Assembly: GCA_014905635.1 (NCBI GenBank) | Contig: CM026547.1 | Location: forward strand, 124,001 to 188,000 | Length of the DNA: 64,000 nucleotides | Direction: 5' to 3' | Origin: Scenedesmus sp. PABB004 | Lineage: Eukaryota | Part shown: positions 59,818 through 64,000 of the stretch, in pieces | Layout of the letters: every line of letters starts with the position of its first letter | Numbering within the stretch: position 1 is the stretch's first letter | The notes under the pieces: generated by a model | What the model was told of the DNA's origin: nothing | What the model saw: only the letters and a program-made list of their open reading frames with translations | Databases searched by the model: none | Position numbers and translations under genes: made by a program

Positions 59818-60320
59818 TCGTCGGGAGGGAGGGAGAGACGGGTGGCGCGGCGCGGGAGAGGGGCGGGGCGCGGGGGGCTGTGCGGCGCGGGGGCGGCGCG
59901 GCGCTCGCAGCACGCGGCGCGGCGCGCCAGCGCCGGCGCGGCGGCGGCGGGCGCAGCGGCGGCGGGCGCAGCGGGCGCCGGCTCACCTTGACCTTTTCGT
60001 TGCGAATGTCCTCCGCGTCCAGCGACACCTGGCCGCCCGCCGGCCACGCAGGGGGGAGGGCGCGTGCGTGAGCGGCAGCGTGCCGGTCCCCGCCCCTCCC
60101 CGCCGCGCCCTCCCTCGCAGCCCCCCCCCCGCCCTCGTGCCGCCGCGCCCGCGCCGCGCAACGCCGCGTGCAGGGCCGCGCGCCGCACCGGCTGCTCCAT
60201 GGCGAAGAGGGCGACGATCTGGAGCAGGTGGTTTTGTATGACGTCGCGGATGATGCCGTAGCGGTCAAAGTAGCCGCCCCGGCCCTCGGTGCCAAAGTCC
60301 TCGCTGAAGATGATCTGGGG

Positions 60321-60379
<59 letters not shown>

Positions 60380-62198
60380 TGTGTGTGTGTGTGTGTGTGT
60401 GAGCGTGTGTGTGTGTGTGTGTGTGTGTGTGGGCGTGTGTGTGAGAGTGTGTGTGTGAGGCGGGCACAGGAGGCGCGAGGCGCGGGGCGCGGCGCGGGCG
60501 CAGGGCGCGTGGCGCGGCGGTCGCGCCTGCACGTTGCGGATGTACTGCCGGCTCCAGAGCGGCTCAAAGACGCGGTTGCTGAAGCGCAGCACCGTGAGGT
60601 TCTCGATCAGCTCCTTGCCTGGCGGGAGGGAGGAAGAGGGGGGGGGGCGGTGGGGGGGGGGGGGGGTCGTGCGCGCCGCGCGCCGCGGCCGACGCCGCCC
60701 GCTCGGACTGCCCACAATGCCTCATTCACTCGCCGAGCCCCCCCACTCAAAACTAACAAACTTAACAAACTAACAAACAACAAACTAACCGAGGTAGTGG
60801 TCGATGCGGTAGATCTGGTCCTCCTCCAGGTGTGCCGCGAGGCCGCGCCCCAGCGCGGCGCTGCTCGCGGCGTCGCGCCCAAACGGCTTCTCCACGATCA
60901 CTCGCGTCCACCCAGACCTGCGGGCACGCGGGGGCGGGGTTTTGGAGGGTTTTTGGAGGGTTTGGAGGTATTTTTTGCTCAAGGTGTCTTGTTGCTTCGC
61001 AGAACGGGCCGCGGGGTGGGGGCGAGCGCCGCGCGGCACGCGCAGCACGCGCCTGCTGCGCGCGTGGTCGGCGGCGTTGCCGGTGGCGGCGAGGAAGACG
61101 TTTGGCGGGATTGAGAGGAAGAACATGCGGTTGGCGCGCGGGCGCACCGCCTCGAGCGCGTCGAGGCGGGCCGAGAGCGAGGTGAAGCCCTCGGGCGCAT
61201 CGTAGGGGCCCTGCGGCCGGCGGCGCCCGGGGCGCAAGGGGGGCGGGGGGGAGGGGCAGAGAGGGAGGGAGGGTGAGCGTGAGCGCATGAGCGCGTGCCG
61301 AGAGGGAGAGCGGGGCGCGGGCGGCCGGGCGGGCGCACCGCGTCGCCGCCCGCCCGTGCCCCCGCCCCCTCCTTCCAGTGCGCGCGGCCCGTTCCCCCCA
61401 GCAGCAGGCGGGCGCCGCACCGCCTGATAGAAGCAGCGCTCAAGGAAGCGGGCCTGCGCCTCGGCGCAGCGCTCCCTGCGCCCGGCGGCGGCGGCGGCAG
61501 AGGCGGCGGCGCGCGTCGGCGGGGCGGCGTCAGCGCCGCCGCCCTCGCACGCCACGCCCCCCGCCCCCTTGCCCACGCAGCCGTGTGTCAACAGTGAGTC
61601 GCACGCACGCACGCAGCCCCCCCCCCCCCCCGCGCACACGCACCGCGCGTTGACGCGGCAGGTGAGCGTGCCGGCAATGAGCTCCCGGAACTCCGCGTCG
61701 CTCATCTTGCTGCGCGCGTAGCCAAAGACCTGAAAGTCCTGCAAGCGCGGCGCGGCGCGGCGGCGACGCGGCGCGGCGACGCGCGGCGCGTCAGCGCGCC
61801 GGCGGCGCGCTCCCTGCCGCCCGCCGCGCCCCCCGCCCTCTGCCGCCGGCGCAGCCGCGCCGCGCCGCGCCGGCGGCAGCCCCTGCTCCCTCCTCCCTGC
61901 CGCTCCGCCCTGCCGCGCCTGGGGCAGGAGTCCCTCGTAGAAGAGGCTGAAGAGGGCTGGGAAGATCTTCTTCTTGGCGAGGTCGCCGCTCGCGCCGAGC
62001 ACGACGACGCTGAGGCTGCTCTGGCTCCAGTCGTTGCCGGCGAGGTTGTACGCGAGGCACGGGTCCGCGCCCGCCGCGCGCGCCGCGGCCTCCTGCTGCT
62101 CGTCCAGCTCCGCCGACAGGCCGCCCACGCCGACGGGCGGCACCGCCGCCGGCGGCGACGGCGCGACCGCGGCGGCGCCCGCGCCCGCGCCTGCGCGA

Positions 62199-62236
<38 letters not shown>

Positions 62237-62338
62237 TGGTGCGCGGCCGGCCGCGACGCCGACGCCGCGCATCGCCCAGCGCAGGGCCGGCGCCCCTGCG
62301 CGGCTGCCGGGGGCGCCCGGCCCTCCGATCGCGCGCAT
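58235..62338 (-). CDS. G6PD: Glucose-6-phosphate dehydrogenase, plastid type
   Basis: [23 protein letters not shown]..|ERC (redox Cys pair of plastid isoforms), [53 protein letters not shown]. Poly(A) signal (TTACA on +) at 58146-58150. Confidence 0.96.
58433..58495. repeat. (GCG)n microsatellite in a G6PDH intron
   Basis: About 20 tandem GCG units. Confidence 0.9.
60323..60457. repeat. Interrupted (TG)n microsatellite in a G6PDH intron
   Basis: TG run with GA/GC interruptions. Confidence 0.9.
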
Positions 62339-63137
62339 AGGGTTGCCCCGCAAGCAGCGCAACCGCCGCTGCTGCTGCCGCCGGCGCCGCCGGCCCCACG
62401 GACGCACCTGGCTGATCCGCCGCGCGCGCCGGCTGCCAGCGCCGCCGGGCGCATGGGTCCGCCCTGCGGCAGAGGCGCCCGCGGGTGAGCCCGCCGAGTG
62501 CCGGAAAGGCTGCCGCCGGCGCAGCCGCGCCCTGCGCTCGCTGCGCGGCGCTCCCGCACCAGGATCGCCCCCGCACGCCTCCCGGAGGCAGGCGCTGCCG
62601 CGCCTGCGCCGCGGGCGGCCGGGCCGCGCCCGGCCCTCTCGGTGCGGCGCGTGCGAGCTGCATGATCGCGCCGGGGCGTCGCGACCGGGCGTCGGGACGG
62701 CGGGAATGCGCGCTGGAGCGGCGGAACGCGCTGGAGTGCCGACCGACGCGGCGGCGGCGGCGTGGACCCCGCGCGAACGGGCGCACGGCAGTTGGGGCCA
62801 CACGCCCCCCTGGGGCCCGCGCGTGATCGGTCGTCGTCGCCCGTGAATGTCGACGCGGCAGGCACGCGAGCGTCGATCGACCGATGCTGCGCGCGCGGGC
62901 GCGCGCGGCGGGGCGCCGCCGGCGTGCTGCGGCGTTCGTTGAACCCTGCTGCCGCCCAGGGCTGCGTTCGAGATTGCATACAAGCGCTCCTCCTCCGGCC
63001 GCTTCACAGCGCTTCATCCCCCCTGGACGCCGCGGCTGCCGCTGCCGCCGCCGCGTGCGCGCAGCGCAGCAGCACCAGCTCTCAGGCAGCGCCGCCCGCG
63101 CATCGCCCTCGCGTGGCCAGGGCATCGCGTGGCCCAA

Positions 63138-64000
63138 ATGGCCGCCGCCGCGGCGCGGCCCGGCGCGCCCCGGGCGGGCGGCACCGCTGCGATCCGCGCG
63201 GGGCGCTCGCCTCGCGTCTTCTGCCGCGCCGCTGGGCCTGACGCGGTGACCAGCAGGTGGGCCACGGTGTCTAGCAGCGTGGGGGCTTGCCGCAGCGCGG
63301 CCGGGGGCCGCCAGCGCGGTGGCGTCGCGGGGCTGCTCTCGAACGCTGCTGCTGCTGCGGCCGCTCCCCTGGCACGCCGCCCGCGCGGCGCGGGGCGGAG
63401 GCCCCAGCGCCGTCCCGGGAGCAGCGGCGCCGCACGGCGCCGCGCACGGGCGGGCGGGTCGCGCCGCCGCGCCGACGGCGGCGCAGCGCGCGCAGCGGCG
63501 CTGCAGCGACCGCGCCGCGCCGCCGCCGCCGCCGCAGGCGCGACCTGCTGGTCGCGCGCGCGCGCGCGCTGTACGAGGAGGCCTGGACCGCGGGGCGCGT
63601 GCGGGTGCTGGACAGCATCATGGCGGAGGACCACGCGCAGGTGGACCGCGTGTGGCAGGCGTCCCCGGGCGTGGGCCGGCGGCGCATGAAGCGCGGCATC
63701 CTGGCCTACCGCGCCGCCTACCCAGACATACGGCGAGCGCTGCTGCTGCTCGCAGGGACAGGAACCAGGAGGGCGCGGCTCACGCCGCGCCCCGGCAGCG
63801 CGCCCGGGGCGCGCCGCTGCGACGCGTGCGGCCCACGCGCCGCCGCGGCCGCGCGCGGGGCGCAGGTTTGAGGTGCAGACCGTGGCGGCGGCGGAGGGCA
63901 GCGACCAGGTGTTTGTGTATTGGTGAGCGCGCGCAGTCGGCGGCGGCGGCGGCGTGCCGCGCAGCAGCAGCACGCGCCACCGCCCCCGCGCGCCGCGCGT
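63138..64000 (+). CDS. SnoaL/NTF2-like (ester cyclase-like) protein, truncated by the window end
   Basis: Transit-like N-terminus; ARALYEEAWTAG...LDSIMAEDH...AYRAAYPDI|RFEV...DQVFVYW. Confidence 0.7.

Noticed and set aside
60720..60975. AT-rich AAACTAAC and TTTTGGAGGG repeats in G6PDH introns
   Set aside because: Short degenerate simple repeats with no further structure evident.

Overview
Very GC-rich, intron-dense eukaryotic nuclear DNA with green-algal (chlorophyte) hallmarks: TGTAA poly(A) signals, GTGCG/GCGCG intron donors and short GC-rich introns. Most of the supplied long ORFs are GC artefacts; the real genes are spliced. About 20 protein genes are recognisable: a GATA transcription factor, VPS28, a double-PLATZ protein, a SOUL heme-binding protein, a four-domain voltage-gated cation channel with a T/E/N/D filter, two inverted YegS-like lipid kinases, a GT61 glycosyltransferase, a Cys/His zinc-finger protein, ALDH10, a CorA-type transporter, DusA, an expansin-like protein, an LRR protein, DUF3593, mitochondrial OSCP, a RING-CH protein, plastid G6PDH and a truncated SnoaL-like gene. 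The most striking unexplained structure is a dense cluster of about 9 unrelated fold-back hairpins at ~760-2680, with 14-32 bp arms (one ~70 bp stem) and G:U pairs mostly favouring the + strand. It looks like a polycistronic miRNA/small-RNA precursor cluster. Gene boundaries were assembled by eye and are approximate.
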